A DNA stretch of 64,000 nt from Fimicolochytrium jonesii. Lineage: Eukaryota. Shown here in pieces: positions 13,621-25,750 of the stretch. Below the pieces are notes generated by a model. That model worked only from the letters and a program-made list of their open reading frames with translations, searched no databases and had not been told where the DNA came from. Position numbers and translations under genes: made by a program. Numbering within the stretch: the stretch's first letter is position 1; the number at the start of each line of letters is the position of its first letter. Location: NCBI RefSeq assembly GCF_025526975.1, contig NW_026515669.1:1302001-1366000 (forward strand), written 5' to 3'.

Positions 13621-15841
13621 TCACTCGTTGTCGCCCTCATCGCAAGAAAAGTACACGCTGGCGGCATCGTCCAACAGCGCTTTCTGTCTAAACGAGTCGT
13701 CCGCCGCAGCAGCAAAGAGTCGCATAACATCAAACTGCGACGTCAAAGGGTCGTCAACGTCCTCATCGCCATGCTGATGGTGGTGATGATCATGCTGGTC
13801 ACGGTGTTCCTCAACCGCAGCACTGAACGATATCTGCCGTCCACCCAACGCCCTGTTCGACCTCTCGATACTGTTCTCCATCGTCCGCACCAGACTCTGC
13901 ACATCATCCGCAGACGTGAACGCCGCCACAGCCGCCGCGCTCGGGTGCGGGTTGATGAGGACCGATCGGCGCCCGACGTCCGCGGTCTCTTCCCTCGCCT
14001 CGCGTAAACCCTCACATTCGACACGGAGCATCTCGAGCTCGAGGGTGGCTTCGCGGATCCAGGCGCGGTAGGCGATGATGGGGCCCGTTTGCACGTCCTG
14101 GATTGAGTCGCGGAGCTCTTGGACGGTTGGTTCGAGGATCGCGATGAGGGTGCTCAGGTGGGTTATGCGCGCCGTGAGGGCGGTGGTTACGGGGGAGGGT
14201 TGAGGTGTGCGGTTGGCGGCGAGGTTTGGGGAGGAGTTGTAAGGGGAGGTCTGCGAGGATGAGCTGAGGGAGGATGCGGTGCGGCGGTGGAGGTGTTGGG
14301 ATGAGTGACCGAGGTGTTTGTTCTGTAGCCCGCCGGCGAGCGAGGAGGACGAGAGGAGGGGGCTGTCTTCGAGGACGGTGGTAGGGTCCGCGAGTAGAGG
14401 ATCGATGTTGCTGGGGAAACCGACGTTGGCGTTGAGAAGGGTGTCGCGGATAGTCTGCAACATCATGGTGAATGCAGCGCGCTGGATGCGACGGGATGAG
14501 AGGTCATCGACCGTCACGCGCTGTTGTGAGTCGGATGAGTTGGTCCGCTGGAGACCGAAGCTGCTGCGACTTCCGTTTCGGTCTGTCAGCGTGGAGAAGA
14601 GAGACTCTCGTGATGATGTGGGTGCACCGCTGCCGTAGAGTGCGACTGTTCGTCGATTTGCCGCGCGGTCTGTCAATGGTAACGAAGGGTTGGAGGAAGA
14701 CAATGGGAGACCAGACGATCCCATCGGCGTGCTCCATCGTTTCCCAGTTCCGCCGCCGCTGTTCGCACCCGACTCATCATCATCACAGTGACTTTGTGAG
14801 TGTATCTGTTTCCTATCGCACAGCTGCACGACCTCGCGCAAGAACTTGCGTTCAAATCGCAGTTGCGTGATTTGCTCGACACACGACTCGTACGAGAGCT
14901 CCTGCTCAGCGACGTCATCTATTAACGTGCGCAGTTTGTTGCGGAGGGATATAAACTCGGTTGTGAGCTGGTCGAAGCGGATCACTGATTGTGTTAGGGT
15001 GCGGTTTAGCGCGCTGACCGAGTTGGTGACCGGTGCGGAGTTGGTGCTTCCAGAGGGTGACGCCGTCGAGTTGCGGTAAAAGTGAGGGATATGGAATGGC
15101 GTGTTTGTGAATCTAAAAGGAGTAGTAGTGAGTGAGTGAAGCATTAACCATCGTCAACCATCAACAACCGTCACCATCAACCATCAACGAAGCATCAACC
15201 CAGCAACCATCCTCTTGAAAAGATGTTGCGCCTTTGGCGCAATGTGCTTGCTGAGGCTCGCTAGGAGTCGTGGTTAGCGGAATATAGCGCCTTTGGCGCA
15301 ATGTGGCTCGCTCCGCTCGCGTGGGCGTTTCGGCTCATGCCTCGCCTGCCTCAAGTATCCCTGCGCCTCGCTACGCTCGGTCTCCCATATCGAGCCAAAC
15401 CCTCGCTTCGCTCGGTCGCTATCGCTCGACCCCCACCTTCTCCCTCTCCAACGCTGGCCACTCGACTACATACCCATCATCATCATCAGAAGTGGTATAA
15501 TTTCCAAGCTGTCGTTCATCCATGACTCCCGAAGAAGTAGTAGATGAAGCCGAAGACGAAGCGGATGAATGACTGACTCCAAATCCTTCGTCAGGCGAAA
15601 GCGGCGACTGTGGCTGAGAGGACTGGGACGAGCGGTGGTGGTGGTGGTGATGAGAAGTGTAGGAACCAAGCGCAGAACTATCAAAGTTGAGGTGCGGGCG
15701 AGCCTTATGCTTCCTGGTAGTTGCAGCTTTGGGGATGGTTGATGAAGCCGTAGTAGCAAAACGCTTGTGGTGGTTGTGCTTTTTGCTGCTAAAGTCGTAT
15801 TCGTTCGCGAGGACGTGCTGTTCTGGTTCGGTTGTGTTCAT
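13621..15841 (-). CDS. Uncharacterised coiled-coil, Ser-rich protein (~620 aa)
   Basis: Exon 1 15841-15474; a phase-2 intron 15473-15113 (GTATGT..TTTTAG) joins DDDG|FTNTPF in frame with ORF 13621-15144. Two heptad-rich stretches (LTTEFISLRNKL..LRFERKFL; LEPTVQELRDSI..LEMLRVECEGLRE). Confidence 0.7.
15146..15212 (-). repeat. Intronic degenerate (GATGGTT)n tract
   Basis: + strand aaccatcgtcaaccatcaacaaccgtcaccatcaaccatcaac..., just upstream of the 3' splice site of the 361-nt intron. Confidence 0.7.
15341..15380 (-). repeat. Dispersed intronic repeat, copy A (40 bp)
   Basis: 36/40 identical by manual alignment to 42453-42492. Confidence 0.85.
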
Positions 15842-16188
15842 CTCGTTGGTTGGTGGGTTGCGACACCTGATGGTGGAATGCTGCTTACTATCCGCTGTGG
15901 CGATTGGACGATGACTATGGGTTGCTACAAGTACTGTAGGTTTTCTCGTTATCGACGGTTGGTCTGATAGCCAACGATTGTTTTTTGTTGAAAGGCGGGC
16001 ACTGTTGGCGCAACTGAGTGTTATAACACCTGTTTGTGGCGGGTCATTCCCCCTCGTGGTTTCTCAACACTTCCAAAAGCTTAAGTTGTCTTTCATGAAG
16101 GCACTCCGCAATGCCGGTTAGTGCGGGTAGTGTGGAGGCGCAGGGGGTCTGTTGGTTGAGGAGTGTTGCGTCGTAATTAGGCACAGCC

Positions 16189-16241
16189 TGTTTTCCGGAG
16201 GTTGTTTCTGGAGGATGTTTCTGGAGGATGTTTCTGGAGGC
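16189..16241. repeat. 13-bp tandem repeat (TGTTTCTGGAGGA) x ~4
   Basis: Read directly: tgttttccggaggt tgtttctggagga tgtttctggagga tgtttctggaggc. Confidence 0.85.
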
Positions 16242-17740
16242 GGGCAGTAATATGTGCTCGCTCTGGGACAACGCCCGCCCCATTGTGACGAGCGTGATGA
16301 CGGCCCGCGCTCCTCCGCCCTGTTGATTAGCGTCACTTCACATTGCAACTGCGATTTAGATTAGGATCGACCCCTCTTTCTCATCACTCATTCCCCCCCT
16401 CCTGACCTGATGCATCTCACTAGCCTCCAACCGGTGAAACGAAACACCGGTAACACGATGTCGCGGAGACGCCATTTAATTTTGCAGATCAACAACTCGC
16501 AACAAAAGCACGTGGGAAGAGGGGATTCTCGTTCTTCCTGCCGCTGAGGACAGACTGGCCGCTATGAATTTGAACTTGAGCTCCCAATCTTGAAGGCGAT
16601 CGTATGGAATCTATGGATGAGGGAACTTTGAACTTTGAAGTGCTCATCAGAAGATCAGTTCAATACGGATGCTCCTTTGTTCCGCGCAGCGCACTGTTGG
16701 CCGCCGCCCATGTGGGACAAACAGCGCAGCCGGCTCCCGCTATCATCTCCATGTGACTTGCCTTACAACCTTCATGAGACATTTGGGGGCTTCCCCGGTT
16801 GGGCCTCAAGCTTCAAGGTTAACATTGACATGTGCAGTCTTGTATACATGTTTCAAGAATCATCACTCGAGGTTTCGAATGATAACTTTTTGAAGTTGAA
16901 GGATTCGCCGCTCTGCTCTCGCACCATAACTGGCGACGTGGGCAGCCGTTGTCAATCCTACGCACCCTAGCTTGACGCTTACGGTTCTTGAAGCAGTTTA
17001 CTCACTGTATATGTCTCCTGCACTGCTCGAGTATAACCGCTGCCGGCTTGGCGATATTTCATGTACCGTCTCCTCATAGCATTCTTCGCAACGTCTCGTG
17101 AAATATCATGTAAACCTGGCCTTGAATCACATACGGTCTAGTTTCCGTTTAAGCCTGCTGTCAAGAGGCATATACTGTACGTTAATGAACTGACAGTTTC
17201 CCATGGCGCAATTTCGGGCTTTCTACAGTATATTGTGTGCAAACGCGGAGTCCTCGGACAGGAAAAGGTTTTCGTCCAGCTTCACCCATTTAAGCCGGCA
17301 CAGAGTCCCTTCAAATTCCGCAGACCATAACAGGCTATTGAATGGAAAAGGGTATGTAGGAACGGGTCCGAGAACTGTTTCCACGCGCTGTCGAATTCCT
17401 GTCAATGTAGTGTAACCCTCGCGATAAGAGCCCAGCCTACCTCCGCCAACGTCCCTGCTGTGACGCATGGCGACACAAAGAATGTCGTTCTTTGTCGTCA
17501 GATTCGTCACTTTGGGGGGGCTTCGTTCCACATCGTCGGTCCGATAATCCATTTCCTTAGCGACATGTCTTTCCTGTGAACCTCGAGGGAACCCTCCCTT
17601 CACATTTCGTCGGTTTGACGTAATGTAGACTCACGCATAGTTTTTCCGATCACGCCTTTGGGCTGAGGTTGGAGACAGGGCAAGGGGAAAGCCACGCACG
17701 GGGGGGTCGGAAGGCCAATTGGTGGAGACTGGAGAGCTCG

Positions 17741-17747
17741 TATAAAA
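17741..17747 (+). promoter_or_regulatory. Putative TATA box of hemerythrin gene
   Basis: TATAAAA ~105 bp upstream of ATG 17846. Confidence 0.5.
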
Positions 17748-17845
17748 CGGAACCTCGCTCTCTATCGGGAAGGTCGAGCCACTAGAAACCATTCCGAGCC
17801 ATACACTCATAGCCATTACAATCCAAATAACAGAATTCATTCACC

Positions 17846-18631
17846 ATGACGGGAACACACATCGTTGATGCTATTCTCAAGGATCATAAGGAGATCCAGG
17901 CTTACTATGAGGTAGGTTTGGGGATTGGGACCGAAGAAGCATGGATGGAACGTCGCGAAAGTGTGGCTCATATGATCACTGAGTCTCATTGATTCTCACA
18001 TCCCATCAATCTTCCCGAATATCAAACTCCATAGCAATACCTAGCGAACACCGACAACCCCACCGAGCAAGAAAAATGGGCCAACCAACTCCGCTGGGAA
18101 ATCGCGCGTCACTCCATCGGCGAAGAACTCATCGTCTACCCCGCCTACGAAAAGCACTTCCCCAACGGCAAAGCCCTCGCCGACAAAGACCGCGCCGAGC
18201 ACCAGCAGGTCAAGAACGACCTCTACACCCTGCAGAGCCTGACGCCCGGCAAGGATGCGGACTTTGACCCGTTGATTGCGAAGATGATGAGGGAGTTGAG
18301 GGCGCATATCAAGCACGAGGAGGAGGAGGATTTGCCCAAGTTGCGCGCGGCGTTGTCGCAGAAGGATGCGGAGTATATGGGAAGGCAGTTTGAGACTACT
18401 AAGAACTTTGTTCCTACTCGGTATGTTCGTCTTGAGCTTCCCTTTATGTGTGGTAGATAAGGACGCTGACTATTTTCTACCTTCCTCACGCCATCCAGCT
18501 CCCACCCTTCCGCCCCCGACAAGCCCCCGTTCGAAACCCTCGCCGGCCTGCTTGCGGCACCGCTGGACAAGCTCCGCGACGCCTTTTCAAAATTCCCCAC
18601 TACAGAGCAAGTCCAGGCTGTTGAGCCTTGA
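17846..18631 (+). CDS. Hemerythrin HHE cation-binding domain protein
   Basis: Introns 17912-18034 and 18421-18498. Motifs DAILKDH, ARHSIGEELIVYP, DRAEH, HIKHEEEEDLP and PTR|SHPSAPDKPPFETLAGLLAAPLDKLRD are typical of fungal/actinobacterial HHE proteins. Confidence 0.9.
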
Positions 18632-19131
18632 AATTGATATGCAGTTTCTTGCGACAGTATGAGGTTCACGCGTCGCTTTTTTTTTTGGGAGGGAAGAATC
18701 GGAGGAGGGAGGTCTGATCCCATCTTATAAGCGAGGAGAGATATGGAAGAGATTGCTGGGCATTTCTTTTTCACTTGTACAAAGTATACGCAAAAAAATC
18801 GTATGGAGCTCGTCTGACATGGTTGCATATACTGTACAGTTGATGTCGGATTTGTTTCGCAGAACCCAACGGGCATATCTGGCCATGCACATTGCCGTTG
18901 GGATGGATGACGAAGACGGAGTGGTAGCGAGTTTTGGGTGTATCTACTCGCATCATGGTGCCGTATTGTGCGGCCGTCCCAAACCGTTGTGAGGGCCGGA
19001 AGAGCCGCAATGCCGTGACGTGAGTTGGCCAACCCTCCGAGTTCAAACTTCAGAATTCACACTTGCGACGGTCGACACAACATCTCCGGCCCCGGCAAAC
19101 CACACTCGCTCTATGCACACCAAGCTGCTCT

Positions 19132-20973
19132 ATGGACTCCCTAGATAACCTAACCCCGGAACAGCGGGACACGCTGCAAACGTTCCAGGTATGGCTTTCC
19201 GCTCAGGGTGATCTTGTAACACTTCCGGGTTTGATATAACGACCTTTCCATCCCGCAGGCTGTCATCCACAATGAGGATATCGACACCGCCATCGCCACT
19301 CTCGTAGCACAGGACTGGAATTTGGAGGTTGGCCTCGTTGGTTATGGTGTGGCTTCGAAGTGCTGTTGAAGCTGATCTATGGGTGATGTGTGCAGAGAGC
19401 GGTCGCGAGCGCATTCGGCGATGAGTTGCCAACGCAGAGGGAGGTTCCGGAAGCTGAGGTTGCTCCGCCAGAAGACTTACAAACACAGCAAGGGCATCCG
19501 GATTTGGGGGTCCGGTCTCCGCGTCCAAAGGTATGGGACAGCAATCACTTTGACGCAACAACGCATAAACCCTCATCTTGACATTCTCGACCGCACGACG
19601 AATATTACGCAGATGCTTTCTGTCTGGGGATTGCTAGCGCTGCCGATCACACTACCTCTGAACATAGTATGGGTGCTACTCTCCTACGCAGGTAAGGTAA
19701 TAGCCACCATCACCTGACGCGTCCGTTCGAAAGAGGTCTCACACAAACCCTTCACTCCTTCCAGCCAGTTTCCTACCAGCCGCCCTGCGACCAAGCCTCC
19801 TAACCCCAGCAGGCCCGCAAAGAACAGGCACACAGAGCTCAGATCCTCGCGCAGATGCCCACCGCTTCCTCCTGGATTTCGAGGATACGTATGGCAGGCA
19901 GCATCCTGAGTTTTTCCAGGGGACGTATACGCAGGCGTTGCAGAAGACGAAGACGGAGGTGCGGTATCTGGTCGTGTATCTGCATTCCGCGGAGCATGAT
20001 GATACCGAGGAGTTTTGCAGGTATGCGTTCACACCGTCGGTACCAACAATATGGCTGCGGACGCAGCGCTTACGCGAGGAGGATTTCGCAGACAAACATT
20101 GTGCTCAGAGGACTTGATTTCTGCGTTGCAACGGAGGAATGTGATCTTTTGGGCCGGGGACGTCGGGACGGTCGAGGGTTACCAAGTCAGCCACATTCTC
20201 GCCGCAACTACCTACCCTTTCATTGCGGTCATCACACCAAACCAGACAAGGTTGGCTGTGGCTACGCGTTTAGAGGGTATGCAAAAGCCGGAACGAGCTG
20301 TGGGGACAGCAGTCGGCCGCGAAATGTGTTAACACTCCCACATTGACAGGTCCGACAAGCCCCTCTACTATCATTGACGCCTTGACGGCTGTCATCGAAA
20401 TAACGGAGCCACATGTCGCGACTCTCCGCGCTGAGCGGGAATCGAGAGAACAATCTCGATCGATTCGCGAGCAGCAAGACGAGGCGTACCAGGCTTCTTT
20501 GCGGGCTGATAGAGAAAAGGTATCTTGCTTTGTTCTGTTGGGGGAGGAACCGGCTCGAGCTAACTGAACGTCATCTACAGCGCCGGAAAGCCGAAGAGGA
20601 AGCAGAGCGCACCCGCCTAGAAGAGGAAGCCGCGCGGAAAGAAGAAGAGGAGCGGGAGGCCTTTCTCGAGCGACGGAAACGGCGGCGAGAAGAACTCCTC
20701 GCCAACCTGCCTACCGAGCCAGCAGCCGACGCGCCCAACATCACAAAGCTGTCCATCCGCCTCCCCAGCGGCGACCGCGTCATTCGCCGGTTTGATGCTG
20801 ACGATCTGGTTTCAAAGCTGTATGAGTTTGTCGAGACGCGGGATCTGGAGCCGCTTGAGGGCGAATTCTTGGTTGTGGGGACGTTTCCGAGGGAGGTGTA
20901 TGACGATCTGGAGAAGAGTTTGAAGGAGGTTGGGTTGGTGCCCAGCGCGTCTTTGGTCGTGGAAGAGGCGTAA
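19132..20973 (+). CDS. UBX-domain protein, FAF2/UBXD8/Ubx2-like (UBA-like, membrane hairpin, UAS, coiled coil, UBX)
   Basis: Multi-exon. MDSLDNLTPEQRDTLQTFQ|AVIH..DWNLE|RAV (UBA-like); hydrophobic WGLLALPITLPLNIVW; UAS YLVVYLHSAEHDDT..IFWAGDV..TYPF; IREQQDEAYQASLRADREK; UBX IRLPSGDRVIRRF..FPR..LKEVGLVPSASLVVE. Confidence 0.88.
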
Positions 20974-21413
20974 ATAGCGTCTCACCCGTCTCTTGTTTAT
21001 TCCTTTGAAGAATGAGTGCGTACATACCCCGCTAATGAACCCGACGGGCCGAAGTCGATGTAGACAGAGTATAACAGAAATACGTGCCGCTTGCGAGGAG
21101 CATGCTATCAAATCCATTGGGTGATTCATCAAAGTACACTGTTTGTTACGCCCACATAGTCTACTCTAGAATTAGATGCTACCTTGCCCGGGTCAGATCC
21201 AGCCGCGTTCAGAAACTTCCAACGGGGGCTCCACCGCGATAGGCACATGTATGTTCACATTCGGTAAAGCCGATTCAAGTTTCCTCTATTCCCTGGCGGT
21301 GGCGGCTACGTTGATCTCGTAGATTGATTAATCGTTCCAAGTCCTCTTGTACTCCAAATTGAGCGGCTTTCTCCCGCGGTGTCGCAGGTGCCTCAGCGAA
21401 CCCCGGAATTTCG

Positions 21414-22437
21414 TCACCCCGTGGGGGCCCCATGCTTGTATAGGTAGCGAAGCTCATAATCGAAAGGAGCATCGGGATCCGCGCCTTCGTTTAATAAAAC
21501 TCCATGATAGCCATTCAGTCGGGGTGCAATCAAGATGGGCGTATAGACGGAGGGCCTCGGTCGCCTGTCACGCCGTAGACAGTGACGGAAAACCATGCTC
21601 GCTGTCAATTCGAGAGGATTGCCCGTTTTACCCTAGCGTAGGTATTCACGTTGCTCCCAGGGCTCCTCCGGGGAGGAGGAAGAAAGGCGGACGCGCAAAA
21701 GAGGCTTTCACGCGTTACATAAGCAGCAATCCTACCGACTACTCCGACACTCCTTACTTCATAAATCCCCTCTCTGCTACCCCTTCTTTTTCCCACCCAG
21801 CAGAGAGATCGTCACTGCGCCACTCCCATTCTTCGTTTATAGGATGCACTCTGAACGACCTCTACCTACAGCTTTGTCAGGATATTACTTGTGGGAATAG
21901 GTTTAGCGAATCGCGGGGCATACGCAACCACTTAACCAAAACGTCTAGTTTCATTGACCAGTAGTGACCAAAAGGCAAGGCACCATGCCCTGAGGCGTGG
22001 ACTTGCAGCCTGCGAAACATCAATGGGCTAGGCGGGTGAGCGTGAAAGTTAAAGGGGAGGCTCCGGCGCCGGCGCTGATGATCCTTTTGCCGAGGCTCGC
22101 TTTTCTTTGCCTTACTATTCTGAGTTTCATTGGCAACTACCGTTTCCACTAGATGGGAACTGTCGGTCTGTATTGTCGCAAGCCGCGTACAAGGCCAAAG
22201 ACCGTTCTTCCGCTCCAGCGACTCTGCCAGATTGTTGCACGTTTGCCGCAGCTTCCCCAACACCTGGAGGTCCATATAATGGTTGCCGATGGTGAAGACC
22301 CCGTCCGCATCCGAGATGCGACAAATGAGTTCGGCGGGGCAAGTCGAACAGGGACGCTGAGGGAGGTCTTCCTGGGAGTGGGATAGCAGTCTCCGACAAG
22401 TGCTTTCTTTGACGTAGTGCTCCTTCACGGCGACCAA
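21414..22437 (-). pseudogene. Possible decayed F-box/ankyrin-repeat gene relic
   Basis: F-box-like STCPAELICRI..MDLQVLGKLRQTCNNL..LW (22347-22195) and ankyrin-like TPILIA..LLNEGADPDAPFDYELRYLYKHG (21548-21429), in disconnected short frames. Confidence 0.3.
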
Positions 22438-22845
22438 ACTGCTAAGGCACCTTCCGGTTGCCTTATATCAACCTTGCATGTGGTGCCAGCGAGTCTTATC
22501 ATCAGCGACGATGGGACTGGTGTGTGCCGCCGAGAAAGGTGCGTTGTTTCCAAACGTGACGCGTGCCATTCGTGCCTTCAGTTTGTTTCCAACTCACCCC
22601 GTATGGTTGGCGGTAGTGCCGCCGTATACCCATAAACGCATGGCCAGTCTTGTTCTTCCTCCTTCTCAGGTCCAATAGACATGGAAACAAAGAAGGGGTG
22701 AACGCAGCTTCGTTGTAGAATATCATATCCACGGCGTAGGACCAAATAGCAGTGTAGAAAGGCCTCGTTCTAATGGCGTATGCAAAAATGAACATCTTTC
22801 TCTAGTGTGATAAAAGGCTATGTTCTTCCAGACTGCGTCCATTCA

Positions 22846-25750
22846 TCACGCGTCGTGATCACGCACGAACCGAATCCCCTCCACAAACAGCACCTCCGGC
22901 GGCCACTCACACAGCGGCAAAGCCGTATCCGATGCAGACCGCGACCTGTTCCCATTCCCGCTGTTCTCAGCATGACCAGCAGCCGACGCGGTCGAACCGG
23001 CGTGTTTCGCATTCTTCGCGTGCTGTTTGCCCAGCGAGTCGCGGTACATCTTTTGTTGTTGCAGGTGCCGCTCGCATTCTTCGCGGGGGACGTAGACGGT
23101 CCATTGCGGTTTGCGCGCGCCGCTGGTGCTGCTGCTGTGCCTAAAGACCGAGTGCGGTTTCGCGGTCGTAGTTCCGGACTCGGTCGAAGATACCGCCGGC
23201 TGGTCTCCGGGCGTGACGGGCGTCGTTGGCTCAACAACAGCGCCCGCAACAGGGTGTAATATGATACTATAATGATCCATCGCAAATCGAACATCCGTCG
23301 CCTTCCCCAGTACCGGATGATCATACGTCAATGACCAGTCCCTCGTCTCAGCCCCACCCGCGATCTCAGGACCGCCCAACGGTACCAAATGCCGCTGGAA
23401 AACCAACGCCCCGCCCTCCTCGGTCGTGTATTTCGACGCCGTCAGCACAGCTGCATTCGACGCCGCGATCCCGGAGACTGATTTCCGTTTCTGCATCTTT
23501 CCGTTTTGCCCTGACGATGTTGGCGGAGCCGGTGGCGGATTCGGTAAGGGAAGGACGGAGGTGAGCGTTAGGGAGGAGAAGGTTTGGAAGGCGGTTGTGG
23601 GAAAGGTGAGGGTGTAGTCATCGGTGACTTTGCCGGAGATGAGTGTGGACGTGGGTGTCGTGGTGGTGGGTGGGAGGGTGATGACAATCCGGTCGCCGTC
23701 ATCCTCCATCGTGTAGGTGCCGATTGGAGTGGGTTCTTCAGCGGGTGGCCGTGGTGGTAGTGCCGGGGGATCCGACTCCTTCGGCGCTTGTGTTTGACTT
23801 GGAATCGCATCCGGTACCTCGATCGAGGCATCGGTCGACAATGATAGCAGCGAGGAAGTGGATCCATTAACGCTGCCTGCGCGCTTCTGACCCTGCTTCT
23901 CCTGCTCATCGTCGTTATGCGGGAAATAAGACAACCGTCCCTTCGTGGGGACGTAGTTCACATACGCTTTAGCAGCGTGCGTCAACAGAAGAGTTATGAC
24001 CAGATAAGGATTATGCATCTTGTCCGTTACGGGATCGAGTCGTAACGATCCCATCCCTGATCCGAGATAAAGACCTTCGAGTGTCATCGGCCTATGACTG
24101 GTCGCGAACTTGGGCCGGGTAGTGCGTTTGTGGCCCTGTCGTGGCTGACCAGGAGTCGGGCCATGCGACTCTTTGGCGTCCTTGGGTTCCGGATTCGCAG
24201 ACGTATCATGATGGGCGTGATCCGGCTTGTCATCGTCCAAACTGCCAAATCCATCCCTGACCATATCGTGGAATGTGTCCTTATGTGTAGCGTAGCCCGT
24301 CATCCCGCTTGTCGAAAACAGGGTGACGTAGAGTGCGCCCAAGTGCACTACGGCAGCGTAGATTCGGAACTCCCACGTAGCTCTCCGTTGTGCGCCACTT
24401 TGCTGCAAGACATAGTGTTGAACAATGCATTCTGAGAAACGCGTTGTGATGGGTGGGTTGGCCAATGTTAGAGATCCCGCTGCATGGGCAGTTTTGGCTA
24501 CGACTTCTAGCGTGGGTATGACTTCATCGGAGGTTAAAGTTGTTGGTGCAGATGTTGCTTGGAGAAGGGGATGCCCGGCTGGTAAGGTGAAGGGTGGGAA
24601 GAAAATGGCGCACGCGGGATGGACAGGGCTGAGTGGTGAGATGACGGTGAGCTGTGATATTGATGGATTGCCTTGCTGGGCATCTGCTGCTGTTGACGGT
24701 GGCTGGGGGCCCGAAGCGAGACCCCAATTTGATGGCATGGGAAACGTGAACGGGCCCATTGGAACGGCGGATTGTGAGGACGCTGCTTGCGGTTGTGCTT
24801 GCTGCCCCGACTGATACCCGGTGATCTTCTTGATCCACAGCTGAACGCCGTCCAAGTCGACTTTCAACGCATCCGCCAAAGCCTGCCGCCAATCGATCGG
24901 AATCTCCACTGGAGGGGGGGAGGGCGATTTGATCACCGGCGCCGATTCACTGTCATTCGACGCATTCGACGCTTTGCATTTCCGTATGACGTCCAAAAAC
25001 GCATCCAGGCCCGTCGCAAACTCCACCAAGTCGGTACAGTCATACACAATCAACAGCGTGGGGACAGCGTCGTCCGCCAGATTTCCAGTCGGTTGCCCCG
25101 CAGGATTCGAGCCCAGCTTCTGGACCAAACAGTAGCCCCGATACAGCCCTTTCGGCCCATCCCGCAACACAATCGTAAACCCCGCTCTCCGCAACGTTGG
25201 ATCCTCCTCGCTTGCTGCAACAGCATTCCGCCCAGATCTGATATGCAGCACATCCCTCGTCAGCTCCACCCATCGTCTGTGCGCCGCGCAGGTGATGTGA
25301 TCTAAGAGTTCCGAAGGGGTTGTTGTTGAGGGATAGCGTTGTAAGGCGGGTGAGATGGAGAGCCACGTTAGCGGGAAGCTTTGGATCGGGAGGAAGTGGA
25401 TACGGCAGCTGGTGAGTGGCTTTTCGAGGTATGGTGGGGATGATTCCAGCTGGTGATTGCTATCGGTACGCTCTTGGAGATCTACAGGATCTTGTCCTAG
25501 CCCTTCCTGTCTCGACCACTTCGCTGGGCATGGAAATGTGAAATTGCCTATTTGGAGAGTGTCCAACGGAAGCCCAGCAGCGTCGACCGGCGCCTGCACC
25601 TGCTCACTGGAAGGGTTCGTAGACTCGGGTATATCACTGCTTTCGGGTGTCTCCAACTGTTGAACGGCAGCTGCTGGTAATTGTGCAATTCCCAGAGCGA
25701 CAAGACGGGCGATCACCTCGTCGATGGTATAGTTCGGGGCACCTCCCATG
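22846..25750 (-). CDS. Uncharacterised ~900-1000 aa protein with two similar N-terminal modules
   Basis: Long ORF 22846-25914; likely ATG 25750 (MGGAPNY). Probably contains an in-frame intron near 25400. Repeated GNFTFPCPAKW / GPFTFPMPSNW motifs. Confidence 0.7.

Noticed and set aside
15419..15436. Donor AAG|GTGGGG at 15436 for the coiled-coil gene
   Set aside because: Phase 0 does not fit the phase-2 acceptor at 15113; GTATGT at 15473 does.
17223..17840. Minus-strand ORFs with a signal-peptide-like start (MNSVIWIVMAMSVWLG) and a GTGAGT donor
   Set aside because: The ATG is only 6 bp from the hemerythrin ATG and overlaps its TATA/5'UTR; no recognisable domain.
18223..19032. 269-aa minus-strand ORF
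   Set aside because: Antisense to the hemerythrin gene and its 3' UTR; low plausibility as a protein.
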